From an uncultured bacterium (GTDB lineage: Bacteria > Hydrogenedentota > Hydrogenedentia > Hydrogenedentales > JAEUWI01): DNA of 10,934 bases. The notes under the pieces are model-generated. The model was given only the letters and a program-made list of their open reading frames with translations, had not been told where the DNA came from and did no database searches. This document shows, piece by piece, positions 1 through 8,227 of the stretch. The stretch spans positions 1 through 10,934 of the forward strand of contig CAXBPH010000237.1 of assembly GCA_963977445.1 (NCBI GenBank), read 5' to 3'. Position 1 is the stretch's first letter; the number at the start of each line of letters is the position of its first letter. The translations under genes and the position numbers were made by a program.

Positions 1-103
1 GTGTTCGCGTTACTGGATCTCCGCCTTCGCGGAAATGACGGCAACGTGCTTTCATTCCGGCCGTAGGCGGCCTCGAATAAATCGACGGCCTCGTGCGTGG
101 GAA
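1..103. repeat. Dispersed copy of the 127-bp palindromic (CGTC-REP/dRS3-like) repeat unit, truncated by the window start
   Basis: Positions 1-58 match 8401-8458 with 2 mismatches, and homology continues more loosely to about 103 (gcggcctcgaataaatcgacggcc vs gcggcgttgggtaaatctacagcc). Contains hairpin ATCTCCGC-CTTC-GCGGAAAT followed by GACG. Confidence 0.9.
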
Positions 104-135
104 GGATGTACTCCCTGGCCAATCACCCTTTCCTA

Positions 136-1698
136 CTAAACGCCGCAGCGCTTCGCCCAGGCCGCGTAGCGTTGCGCCATTTCCTGGACCCGCTCGGGCT
201 GGCTCTGGGCAAGGTTTATTTGTTCCCCCCGGTCCCTGGACAGGTCGTATAGCTCCCAGTCACCGCCCATGGGCCCCACAAGCTTCCAGTCACCCTCTCG
301 GACCGCCCGGTTCCCTCGGAGTTCCCAGAACAAGGGCGTCGTGCGCGACCACGCCGTCCCATTGAAAACAGGCATCAGGCTCTCCCCCTCCACAGGCAAT
401 ATGGTGCGGTCCTTGTACGTTTCCGGGTATTTAGCCCCCGCTATCGCCAGGCATGTAGGCATGACATCAATGATATGCCCCGTACCAGAGACAATAGCGC
501 CTTTCCGCGCGATCTTCTCTGGCCACCGCACGATAAACGGTGTCAAAATTCCCCCCTCATAGCTACTCTGCTTGTAGCCACGAACCGGTGTACTGCTCAC
601 ATGGGCCCATTCCGCCCCATAACTCCCGAAGGTATCCGCCGGCCCCGGCATCACCCCGGGCACCACAGGTCGTGTCCGCGTGCCGTCCGTTCGCCAGGTC
701 TCTTCCGGCGTGTCCAGAAAGAAGCTACCATCCTCTCGCGGATTAATTTCCCGTTCCGTCGCGCCGTTGTCCGAGAGAAACATGACCACGGTGTTCTCTT
801 CGCGGCCCGTGTCCTGGAGCGCATCCAGAATTCGTCCTATATTCTGATCCATGCAGTCGATCTGCGCCGCATACACCGCCATGCGCTCCGCCTCCCATGC
901 CTTGTGAGACGCTTCCTCCCAGGGCACCACCGTCTCATCCCGTGGCGGCAAGGGACAATCCCCAAGCAGCCCCAATGCTCCGAGATTCTTGTAGCGTTCA
1001 CTGCGACAGCGGTCCCAACCCTTCTCGCGATAGAACTCCCGATACTTGGCAATATCCGTCTCTTTCGCATGGAGGGGCCAGTGTGGAGCCACATAGGCCA
1101 CATAAAGAAAGAAAGGCTTCTCAATCGTTGCCGCTTCGTGGAGAAACTCCACGGCGTAGTCCGTATAGGCATCCGTCTTGAAATAGCCCTCCTCAGGAAG
1201 TTTGTACACCTCCTTATCGAGAAAGTGCTCATCGGTGCGGTTCATTTTGAAATAATTGGTCGGCCCCAGATTCGCCAGTGACCCGAAAGACCGGTCAAAA
1301 CCCTTGAAGCTTGGAGAGATCGTGTCGGTCCACTTCCCCACCATCATCGTGTGATAGCCCGCCGTTTGCAGGGCCTCCCCAATATTAAGACACTTGTCGT
1401 TCCGCACGCCGTTCCAAGTCCGTACGCCGACTTGATGGTGGTAAAGTCCGGTCATGAGAGAGGCCCGCGTTGTGCCGCACACGGCTGCATTGTAGAACTC
1501 GCGAAAACGAATCCCTTCGGCCGCGAGCTTATCGATATGGGGCGTTTTGATTTCACCCCCATAGCAACCCACATCGGAGTAGCCCATATCGTCGGCCATA
1601 ATGAGCACAATATTGGGGACTTCGGCGGCGAATGCGCCAAGGCCCATCAGCAACGTAAGTGCCACACCTCTGAAAACATATCGAAAGCGAATTCTCAC
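136..1698 (-). CDS. Secreted arylsulfatase (formylglycine-dependent S1 sulfatase family), about 520 aa
   Basis: Motifs PNIVLIMADDMG, CGTTRASLMTG (C-x-x-x-R signature), GKW, APHWP, SDNG, K-x-S-x-YEGG and WELYDL..D.GE..NLA. Start moved from the ORF-track 1986 to GTG 1698, because a perfect AGGAGG (1708-1713) lies 9 nt upstream and a Sec-type signal peptide (RIRFRYVFRGVALTLLMGLGAFA) follows. ATG 1716 is an alternative start. Confidence 0.93.
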   Translation of the reverse strand: MRIRFRYVFRGVALTLLMGLGAFAAEVPNIVLIMADDMGYSDVGCYGGEIKTPHIDKLAAEGIRFREFYNAAVCGTTRASLMTGLYHHQVGVRTWNGVRNDKCLNIGEALQTAGYHTMMVGKWTDTISPSFKGFDRSFGSLANLGPTNYFKMNRTDEHFLDKEVYKLPEEGYFKTDAYTDYAVEFLHEAATIEKPFFLYVAYVAPHWPLHAKETDIAKYREFYREKGWDRCRSERYKNLGALGLLGDCPLPPRDETVVPWEEASHKAWEAERMAVYAAQIDCMDQNIGRILDALQDTGREENTVVMFLSDNGATEREINPREDGSFFLDTPEETWRTDGTRTRPVVPGVMPGPADTFGSYGAEWAHVSSTPVRGYKQSSYEGGILTPFIVRWPEKIARKGAIVSGTGHIIDVMPTCLAIAGAKYPETYKDRTILPVEGESLMPVFNGTAWSRTTPLFWELRGNRAVREGDWKLVGPMGGDWELYDLSRDRGEQINLAQSQPERVQEMAQRYAAWAKRCGV

Positions 1699-1707
1699 CG
1701 CACATAA

Positions 1708-1713
1708 CCTCCT
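1708..1713 (-). promoter_or_regulatory. Shine-Dalgarno site of the sulfatase gene
   Basis: AGGAGG on the minus strand, 9 nt before GTG 1698. Confidence 0.7.
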
Positions 1714-1741
1714 CATAGATTGAAAACTTCCGTTGCACCCA

Positions 1742-1750
1742 ATGGTAGCA
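1742..1750 (-). promoter_or_regulatory. Candidate extended -10 promoter (TGcTACCAT) for the sulfatase gene
   Basis: TG-n-TACCAT on the minus strand about 45 nt upstream of the proposed start; no good -35. Confidence 0.4.
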
Positions 1751-1766
1751 GAATGGGTGCGATATA

Positions 1767-1796
1767 TTGACACCCAATCTACCGCCTCCTTATACT
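1767..1796 (+). promoter_or_regulatory. Candidate sigma70-type promoter for the MATE gene
   Basis: Perfect -35 TTGACA (1767-1772), 18-bp spacer, -10 TATACT (1791-1796), pointing toward ATG 1921. Confidence 0.65.
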
Positions 1797-1920
1797 TTGT
1801 CGAGCGGCAATTCGATGACAGCGCCCACGATGTTACAGGTCGGTCAACGACGGAATATTTTACCGCCCCCCTCCTTCCGCCTACTCGATGACATAGGTAA
1901 AACGCACCATCAATACGTCC

Positions 1921-3348
1921 ATGCAAAAAACAGAGCAGCGACAAAAACTCTTTCTCGAGGGGCCCATTGGCCGGGCACTGCTTCAACTCGCCATCCCCAT
2001 TATGGCGGGCAATTTCCTGCAGACCGGATATCAGTTAACCGATGCCTTCTGGGTGGGACGGCTGGGAGCCGATGCGGTCGCTGCTGTTTCCATCAGTTTT
2101 CCCGTGACCTTCCTGGTGATTGCCATGGGTGCCGGCCTTGCCATGGCCGGGGCCACCCTTACTGCCCAATATATGGGCGCAGGGCGGCAGGATATGGTCA
2201 ACCATGTCGCTGCGCAGACGATGATGATGGTGGCCATCTCCTCGACCATTCTCGGCGCCACCGGCTATTTTCTTTCCTCCCATTTTCTCCGCCTCCTGGG
2301 GGTTACCCAGGAAGTGCATGATGGTGCCCTCAGCTTTATGCACGTCTCCTTTGTGGGGGTAATATTTGTATTCCTCTTCGCCATGTTCCAGGCCTTGATG
2401 CGCGGTGTAGGTCAAACGAAAATACCGCTGATTATCGTGGCAGGCACGGTGCTCCTCAACTTCATTCTCGATCCCCTCTACATCTTTGGCTGGGGTCCCA
2501 TTCCGGCTCAAGGCGTGCGCGGCGCGGCACTGGCAACTCTCACCACCCAGGCACTCGCCGCGTTCATCGGAATCGCCGTGTTTATTCGAGGCAGCCACGG
2601 CATCCACCTCACCTGGCGCGGATTTCGTCCTGACTACGCCTACATCAAGAAAGCATTCTTATTGGGATTCCCCGGGTCCGTTGAGCTCTCCACCCGGGGG
2701 CTGGGTGCCATCATGATGTCCTTCCTGGTTGCAAGCTTTGGCACCACCACCATCGCCGCCTATGGTATCGGCATCAATGTCCTCCAATTTGCCATGGCGC
2801 CCGCCATGGGACTCTCCATGGCCGTATCTACCCTCGTCGGACAAAACCTGGGTGCCCGCAAAATTCCACGAGCAGCGCGGGTTGGCAGCCTGGGCATTGC
2901 ATCGGGCTTCCTGTTCCTCAGCACCGTCGGCACGGGTGCCTATCTCCTTGCCCCGGCGCTGGTAACGCTCTTCGTACCCAACGACCCCATCGTCATCCGT
3001 GAGGGAGCCCAGTTTATCCGCATCATGTGCCTCGCCTGGGGCGGTATCGGCGTCCAGCTATGTGTCATCGCGACCTTCCGCGCCTCGGGCAATATGCTGA
3101 GCGCCATGGTCATGGCCCTGGTAACCCAGTGGATGTTTCAATTTCCCCTGGCCTTTATCCTGTCACGCCACACGGAACTCCACGCGGTCGGCCTGTGGTG
3201 GTCCTTCCCGATTACCAATATCCTCGGTGCCCTGGTCGCCGTGGCATGGTTCGCCCACGGTGGCTGGAAACATACCCGGATAACCGAAGAAAGTCGTGAA
3301 GCCATTACAGTGGAAGAGGCAACCGTCGCGGAAGATCGCATGGTCTGA
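1921..3348 (+). CDS. MATE family efflux transporter (DinF-like), 475 aa
   Basis: Hydrophobic two-repeat membrane protein with MATE hallmarks: L..GPI...L.LAIP, TDAFWVGRLG...VAAV, RGVG.TK.PL, NFILDPLYIFG..P..GV.GAALAT, LVGQNLGA, FRASG and GLWWSFPI. The N-lobe acidic residues are present. Confidence 0.95.
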   Translation: MQKTEQRQKLFLEGPIGRALLQLAIPIMAGNFLQTGYQLTDAFWVGRLGADAVAAVSISFPVTFLVIAMGAGLAMAGATLTAQYMGAGRQDMVNHVAAQTMMMVAISSTILGATGYFLSSHFLRLLGVTQEVHDGALSFMHVSFVGVIFVFLFAMFQALMRGVGQTKIPLIIVAGTVLLNFILDPLYIFGWGPIPAQGVRGAALATLTTQALAAFIGIAVFIRGSHGIHLTWRGFRPDYAYIKKAFLLGFPGSVELSTRGLGAIMMSFLVASFGTTTIAAYGIGINVLQFAMAPAMGLSMAVSTLVGQNLGARKIPRAARVGSLGIASGFLFLSTVGTGAYLLAPALVTLFVPNDPIVIREGAQFIRIMCLAWGGIGVQLCVIATFRASGNMLSAMVMALVTQWMFQFPLAFILSRHTELHAVGLWWSFPITNILGALVAVAWFAHGGWKHTRITEESREAITVEEATVAEDRMV

Positions 3349-3407
3349 CTGCGGCCCACTTCCTGCAAAATTTTTCCTCCCGCCAGCCACCACGACGTGC
3401 CCCCTTG

Positions 3408-3416
3408 TGCTATACT
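3408..3416 (+). promoter_or_regulatory. Candidate extended -10 promoter (TGcTATACT) for the lipoprotein gene
   Basis: TG-n-TATACT in the 3349-3476 intergenic region, 60 nt before ATG 3477. Confidence 0.5.
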
Positions 3417-3476
3417 CGAACTACACGGTTGGGGAGCCTTTGGTCGAATTCCGTCTATCGTAATCGGAGAGTAACC

Positions 3477-4199
3477 ATGCGCCCCAAGAGCACCATGTCC
3501 ATAAAACGTCTGGTACCCCTTTTCCTCCTCCTTCCCCTTCTCCCTGCCTGTATCATCGCCCAAGGTGGTTTCGATCAGGAACTATTCCTTAAACCAGGCG
3601 ACCAGATTAATCTCAAACTGGGCCTTGCGGGCTGTTGCTACTTCATCATTCCGGTTCCAGGCCCGGCACTGTGGTCGGTCACTCCGACCACGGAAGGGGT
3701 AACCATAAATCCCCTCTCCGGCCTCTTGACGATTGCTCCTACCGTGCCAGACGGCACCCAATTTTCCGTATATGCGGGTCCTCGAAAAATCCTCGTGACG
3801 GTCTACGAGCCGGTGTTGAATCCACTCTACAATTCATGGAAAGAGCTGGAGCAGATAACCTGCGATACGGAAGAGCCCTATGTCCCGGCCTTTAACATTG
3901 ATCAGATCATCTTCAAGCCTTCCGGCGAATTCACGGTTACCTGGCGTCCCTTTGAGGTCTATATTGATTACCGGGGTGCCTATACCTACGATAGGGAGAC
4001 CGGAGAACTGGAAATGGTCATCAATAGAAGTAGTGCCAACTATATTCCCGATGACTTCGATGGCGTCGGCACCGCCACGGTAGAAGAAAACGGCGATATT
4101 GTCTTGCGGGACTTGTGGTTGGGATCTCCACGGCGCTATGACGACACCATCCCCGTGCCGCCCGTCAATTGCGGCCACCGCATCACGCCATATCCCTGA
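3477..4199 (+). CDS. Hypothetical exported protein, probable lipoprotein (beta-rich, two domains)
   Basis: GGAG precedes ATG 3477 (ATG 3495 is an alternative). Basic N-terminus, Leu-rich h-region and LPAC lipobox-like motif. The acidic, beta-strand-like mature region fills the gap between the MATE and LysE genes. Confidence 0.75.
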   Translation: MRPKSTMSIKRLVPLFLLLPLLPACIIAQGGFDQELFLKPGDQINLKLGLAGCCYFIIPVPGPALWSVTPTTEGVTINPLSGLLTIAPTVPDGTQFSVYAGPRKILVTVYEPVLNPLYNSWKELEQITCDTEEPYVPAFNIDQIIFKPSGEFTVTWRPFEVYIDYRGAYTYDRETGELEMVINRSSANYIPDDFDGVGTATVEENGDIVLRDLWLGSPRRYDDTIPVPPVNCGHRITPYP

Positions 4200-4207
4200 C
4201 GCGTGCG

Positions 4208-4834
4208 CTACGGCCTCGCCAGGACCAGTATCCCGACCAAGGCCAATACCAGGGCGGCCGTCCGGGTGATAAATTGATTTGCCCGGACAGTCAACACGTG
4301 ATTGGCCCGATTGCCCAGCCAGGCGTAGGGAAGTTTCGCCGTCACGAGGGCAAGCACAGCACAAACGAGCAGCAGGACCGTGTCCAGCGCGCGAAGGGCA
4401 TGCACGTCTACAAAGGCGGGTAAAAATGCCAGGTAGAAGACCACCGCTTTTTGATCGCCAAGCGTAATCAGCAGGCCGGTCGCGAAACTCGCCCACCAGG
4501 ATTGCCCGGAGGTCATGCCGCTCGACGTGGGGTTTGTTGGCCTGCTACGCCAGACCAGCAGGCCCAAAAAGATGAGATAGGCTCCGCCGACGTACTTCAA
4601 AACAAGGAAAACTGGCCCCAGTCGCTCACCGAGGGCGGCCAGCCCCACAACGGCTATCAGGATGAATACCGCATCGCCCAGCACTATCCCGAGTATGGTG
4701 TAGATTCCGTGACGAAAGCCCAGGACCGCCGATCGTGCTGCCACCGCGAGGGCGCTGACACTCGGAAGGGCAGCAAGAACAACCATGGCCCAAAAGAGCG
4801 TTGCGAGATTCAAAATAGAAAGGGTGGTATTCAT
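4208..4834 (-). CDS. LysE/RhtB family amino-acid exporter, 208 aa
   Basis: Motifs LPSVS.LAV.ARS...GFRHG....LGIVLGD, LKYVGGAYLIFLG and SFATGLLITLGDQKAVVFYLAFLPAF; hydrophobic, with typical family length. Confidence 0.92.
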   Translation of the reverse strand: MNTTLSILNLATLFWAMVVLAALPSVSALAVAARSAVLGFRHGIYTILGIVLGDAVFILIAVVGLAALGERLGPVFLVLKYVGGAYLIFLGLLVWRSRPTNPTSSGMTSGQSWWASFATGLLITLGDQKAVVFYLAFLPAFVDVHALRALDTVLLLVCAVLALVTAKLPYAWLGNRANHVLTVRANQFITRTAALVLALVGILVLARP

Positions 4835-4924
4835 ACCACTACCGCCTGAATGCGCACTAGATTGTAACGAACTGAATCGGACTACGGGCGTAGCGGAGCC
4901 AATACGAAGCCCGTGAAGAACGAC

Positions 4925-6553
4925 TTACTTGTATGTAACGATCAATTCCAATCGATCCACGAGGATAGGCTCCGCTGACGCCCCTTCCCTCTTCAGTCTC
5001 AAAGCGATATGGTTCATGCCAACTGCCAGCTCCGACGGCTCTACCGAAATTTCAAACCAGGTTGGAGAAGCAATATCCACCAAAGCCACGGCGGGTACGC
5101 CCAGCCCCAAATCCTTGCCATTCAGCTGAATACTAAGTTCGTCGCCCTCCGTTGCCGGAAACCACACGCGCAACACGACATGAACCTCTCCACCGGCGGG
5201 CGTGTTGGCCGCGATATCCTCGCCGACCGGTAGCTTGAACCTTACTGCCTCGTCGGCCTTCAGAGCAATCGGCAGGCGATCGGGCACGACCAACGCTGAC
5301 CGATCAAAGCCCCAGAAGTCTTTCGGCTGCACCGGGTCGATGGCGTAAATCTTGTCGAGCCCTTTGAGGGTCTCGGGAGAACCTATATGAAGATACTGAG
5401 CCTTGGGTGATTCGGGAAAGAGGTTAAAGGTATAGATGCCGTCTACGCCTACGTTCCACGCATTGGCCGCCGCGCCCCGCCAGGCTTCCTCTGTGTAATA
5501 GCCCGTGTTGGGCTGTAGACCCGAGCCACAGATGTTGGCCAACGCGGACACCTTGTGTTTATGGGCCAGGTCGACCATGGTCTTCAATTGGGGCGCCATG
5601 GCCATGGGTCCCAGGTCCCCACCAAAGGTAAGAATATCCACCAGGCCCTCTTCGAGCCAGGTCGTGAGATCCAATCCGATAAATCGACTTTGTTCCACGC
5701 TCAGGGGCACGCGCGCATGGATAAGCAAGGGACGGCCCCGTGCGGCGCCGACTTTTTCACTCAAGGACCGGACCTTGCGGACGAAGTCGTTCATCATCGC
5801 AATGTGTTCATCCGTCACCGGCTCTTCGTCCCGCGTCTCACGGAAAAACTGGGGATGGCGGAACCAGTCTAAATCGATCCCGTCTATATCGTAGCGGGTG
5901 AATACATCCTCAAAGATGCGAAGGGCATAATCGCGAACTTCCGCTTCCGCGAAATCCAGGCCCGCCCACCACTTCTTGGGGTCCGTGTATTCATAATTCG
6001 GGTAGTCCTCCGCCTTACCAAAGAGAAATTCGGGATGCTCCCGCTTCCACCGCGACAAATAGGGCGCCGCAAAACTATCCTCAATATTGTTCATCCGGTA
6101 GGACCAGAAGACTTCCATCCCCTGGGCATGGCCGAACGCCACCGCGACCGACAAAGGGTCCGTCCCGAGGGCCTTGAGGGCATCCAGACTGGACACAATG
6201 TCCCGGACCTGCTGCCCGTCGTTCTCGGTGACGAATTCTCCCAACGTCTCACCCACCTGGGCCTGGTGTCCCCAGAAGAGTCCCCCGCCCCCAGTGCAAT
6301 AGGCGATGGTGTCTACCTGGGTGCCAATGAGCTGGCGTAGCCGTAAATCAATAAGTTCGTCTGGCGTGGTGAAGGGCTTCACGTGATTGCCGTCGTCGTT
6401 ATACATAATGCGGCGCTCTTGGGAAGCGGCTTTGTGGCGCGCTTCCTTCAGAGCCTCGGTGAATGGTGGCTCCGCCTGGAGTGGCGACATGAAAAACGTA
6501 ACAAATACTGCCGTTACGGCAACTGCATGGGCAACCTTGCTTCTTGAAATCAA
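4925..6553 (-). CDS. Secreted glycoside hydrolase-like protein (GHL10/DUF187-like TIM barrel plus C-terminal beta domain), 542 aa
   Basis: Signal peptide ending ..SPLQA/EP. Motifs RRIMYNDDG, WSYRMN, LDFAEAEVRD, YDIDGIDLDWFRH, W.EEGLVD and GVDGIYTFN. TTG start lies 20 bp after the DUF1501 stop. The family call is from motif recall and the substrate is unknown. Confidence 0.7.
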   Translation of the reverse strand: MISRSKVAHAVAVTAVFVTFFMSPLQAEPPFTEALKEARHKAASQERRIMYNDDGNHVKPFTTPDELIDLRLRQLIGTQVDTIAYCTGGGGLFWGHQAQVGETLGEFVTENDGQQVRDIVSSLDALKALGTDPLSVAVAFGHAQGMEVFWSYRMNNIEDSFAAPYLSRWKREHPEFLFGKAEDYPNYEYTDPKKWWAGLDFAEAEVRDYALRIFEDVFTRYDIDGIDLDWFRHPQFFRETRDEEPVTDEHIAMMNDFVRKVRSLSEKVGAARGRPLLIHARVPLSVEQSRFIGLDLTTWLEEGLVDILTFGGDLGPMAMAPQLKTMVDLAHKHKVSALANICGSGLQPNTGYYTEEAWRGAAANAWNVGVDGIYTFNLFPESPKAQYLHIGSPETLKGLDKIYAIDPVQPKDFWGFDRSALVVPDRLPIALKADEAVRFKLPVGEDIAANTPAGGEVHVVLRVWFPATEGDELSIQLNGKDLGLGVPAVALVDIASPTWFEISVEPSELAVGMNHIALRLKREGASAEPILVDRLELIVTYK

Positions 6554-6573
6554 AGATTCTCTTTCCCGTGTTT

Positions 6574-8025
6574 TTATGCCAACAATTCATGCACCACGCG
6601 CCCACCCACATCGGTGAGACTCTCTTCACGGCCCTGATGGAAATAGGTGAGTTGCTCGTGGTCTACGCCCATCAAGTGCAGTATGGTAGCATGAATATCG
6701 TGGAGATGGACCTTGTTTTCGACGGCCTGAAAGCCCAACTCATCGGTGGCACCATAGTGCATGCCCCCTTTAATCCCGCCCCCGGCCATCCACATGGAAA
6801 AGCCATAGGGATTGTGGTTGCGACCCGGTGCGTCTTTGCCTTCGCTGAAGGGCATACGACCGAACTCACCGCCCCAGACGACGAGGGTCTCGTCGAGCAT
6901 GCCGCGCTGCTCTAAATCACTCAGCAGGGCCGCAATGGGTTGGTCCACTTCGGCACCGTGCTGGCCGTGGTTCTTCTCGATGCTCTCGTGGGCATCCCAG
7001 GTTTCTTCGAGGTGACCGCCGCCGGAGTAGAGCTGCACAAACCGAACGCCCCGCTCCACGAGACGGCGGGCTACGAGACAGTTCCGACCAAATTCATCGG
7101 TTGGCTCCTGGTCAATGCCATACATTGCCTTTGTCACCGCTGTTTCCGCGCTGATATCCACCGCTTCGGGGGCCTGGGCCTGCATACGATAGGCCAGTTC
7201 ATAGGACTCAATCCGTGCCGCCAATTCGTGTCCCCCGGGCAGGCCGGCCAGGTGCTCTTCATTGAGCTGGGCCAGCAAGTCGAGTTGGGCACGCTGGGCT
7301 TTGCGACTAACATGGGCCGGGCCGTTTAGATCGAGAATGGGGTCCCCCACGGGGCGAAACAGGGTACCGGAAAAAGTGGAGGGCATAAAGCCGCTCGACC
7401 AATTGGGTTCCCCACTGATGGGACCGCCCCGCTTATCGAGCATGACGACATAGCCCGGCAAACTCTGGTTCTGCGTGCCAAGACCATAGGTACACCAACT
7501 GCCGAGGGAGGGCCGTCCGATGAAGGTTTTGCCCGTGTTCATGGCCACAAGGGCCGAGCCGTGGGCGTGGCTGTCGGTGTGGCAGGAATTAATAACGCAC
7601 AGCTTGTCGGCATGTTCGCGCACGTTGGGAAAATAATCGGAAATGAGCAGACCGCTCTCGCCCCCGGGTCGAAATTTGCGCCACGCGGGGGTTAGATAGC
7701 CGACCTTGCGCCCCCCCGAATTAATGTAGTTCATGTCTTCCGGCAGGGTCTTGCCGGCATACTTCTCCAGGGCCGGTTTGAAGTCGAAGGTATCCACCTG
7801 GCTGGGAGCACCATTCATCATGAGGAAAATGCATGACTTGGCCTTGGTCGCCAACTGGGGTGGACGTGCGCTCAGGGGATTCAGGGAAGACGCACGTGCC
7901 GCGCGGGAGAAAAATCCGTCGCCCGCCAACAGACTGGACAGGGCCAAACCGGCAAAACCGCCGCCCATCTCCCAAACGAATTCACGGCGCGTCTTCCCGC
8001 AGGGAAAATACTTTTCATCGCTCAC
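6574..8025 (-). CDS. DUF1501 domain-containing protein with twin-arginine (Tat)-type signal, 483 aa
   Basis: TRREF..GFAGLALSSLL N-terminus. Motifs AKSCIFLMMNGAPSQVDTFD.KP, RPSLGSW..YGLG, ARRLVERGVRFVQL, WDAH, GEFGRMP, GRNHNP..FSMWMAGGG and D.HATILHLMG.DHE.LTY...GR...LTDV. GAAGGA lies upstream of the GTG. Confidence 0.93.
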   Translation of the reverse strand: MSDEKYFPCGKTRREFVWEMGGGFAGLALSSLLAGDGFFSRAARASSLNPLSARPPQLATKAKSCIFLMMNGAPSQVDTFDFKPALEKYAGKTLPEDMNYINSGGRKVGYLTPAWRKFRPGGESGLLISDYFPNVREHADKLCVINSCHTDSHAHGSALVAMNTGKTFIGRPSLGSWCTYGLGTQNQSLPGYVVMLDKRGGPISGEPNWSSGFMPSTFSGTLFRPVGDPILDLNGPAHVSRKAQRAQLDLLAQLNEEHLAGLPGGHELAARIESYELAYRMQAQAPEAVDISAETAVTKAMYGIDQEPTDEFGRNCLVARRLVERGVRFVQLYSGGGHLEETWDAHESIEKNHGQHGAEVDQPIAALLSDLEQRGMLDETLVVWGGEFGRMPFSEGKDAPGRNHNPYGFSMWMAGGGIKGGMHYGATDELGFQAVENKVHLHDIHATILHLMGVDHEQLTYFHQGREESLTDVGGRVVHELLA

Positions 8026-8147
8026 AGCCAGTTCCTTCTATTGCGTCACACTTTGAGTCCAGACACGTTTCTCAAAATCTCTTAAAAACAATTTAAAACC
8101 TCAATTAACTCAGAGCAGCCATTGGCCGCCACCAAATTGTGAAGGGT

Positions 8148-8170
8148 CGTCATTCCCGCGTTTGGGGATG
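8148..8170. repeat. Truncated or degenerate CGTC-palindrome copy
   Basis: CGTCATTCCCGCG (8148-8160) is identical to 8228-8240, then diverges to TTTGGGGATG. Confidence 0.7.
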
Positions 8171-8227
8171 TTGATTTAATGTGAGGAGTACGAATAAAGC
8201 CTACTAATCTGTATTTAGAGCCCACAA

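Noticed and set aside
99..133. Terminator hairpin after the sulfatase stop (GGAAAGGGTG...CATCCTTCCC)
   Set aside because: The stem is imperfect, the loop is 15 nt and there is no U-tract.
475..1281. Long antisense or alternate-frame ORFs (for example 475-1281, 2035-2607, 3834-4496, 8645-9352, 9994-10602)
   Set aside because: These are shadow ORFs of well-supported genes in GC-rich DNA, with no domain motifs.
1553..1777. 74-aa minus-strand ORF preceded by AAGGAGG (1785-1791)
   Set aside because: It has a TTG start, overlaps the sulfatase out of frame, starts upstream of the candidate sulfatase promoter and has no recognisable protein features.
1699..1986. N-terminal extension of the sulfatase given by the ORF track (616 aa)
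   Set aside because: It would overlap the MATE start and both promoters. The SD and signal peptide point to GTG 1698.
4883..4915. Intrinsic terminator after the hydrolase gene (ACGGGC...GCCCGT)
   Set aside because: The stem is short and interrupted and has no U-tract on the minus strand.
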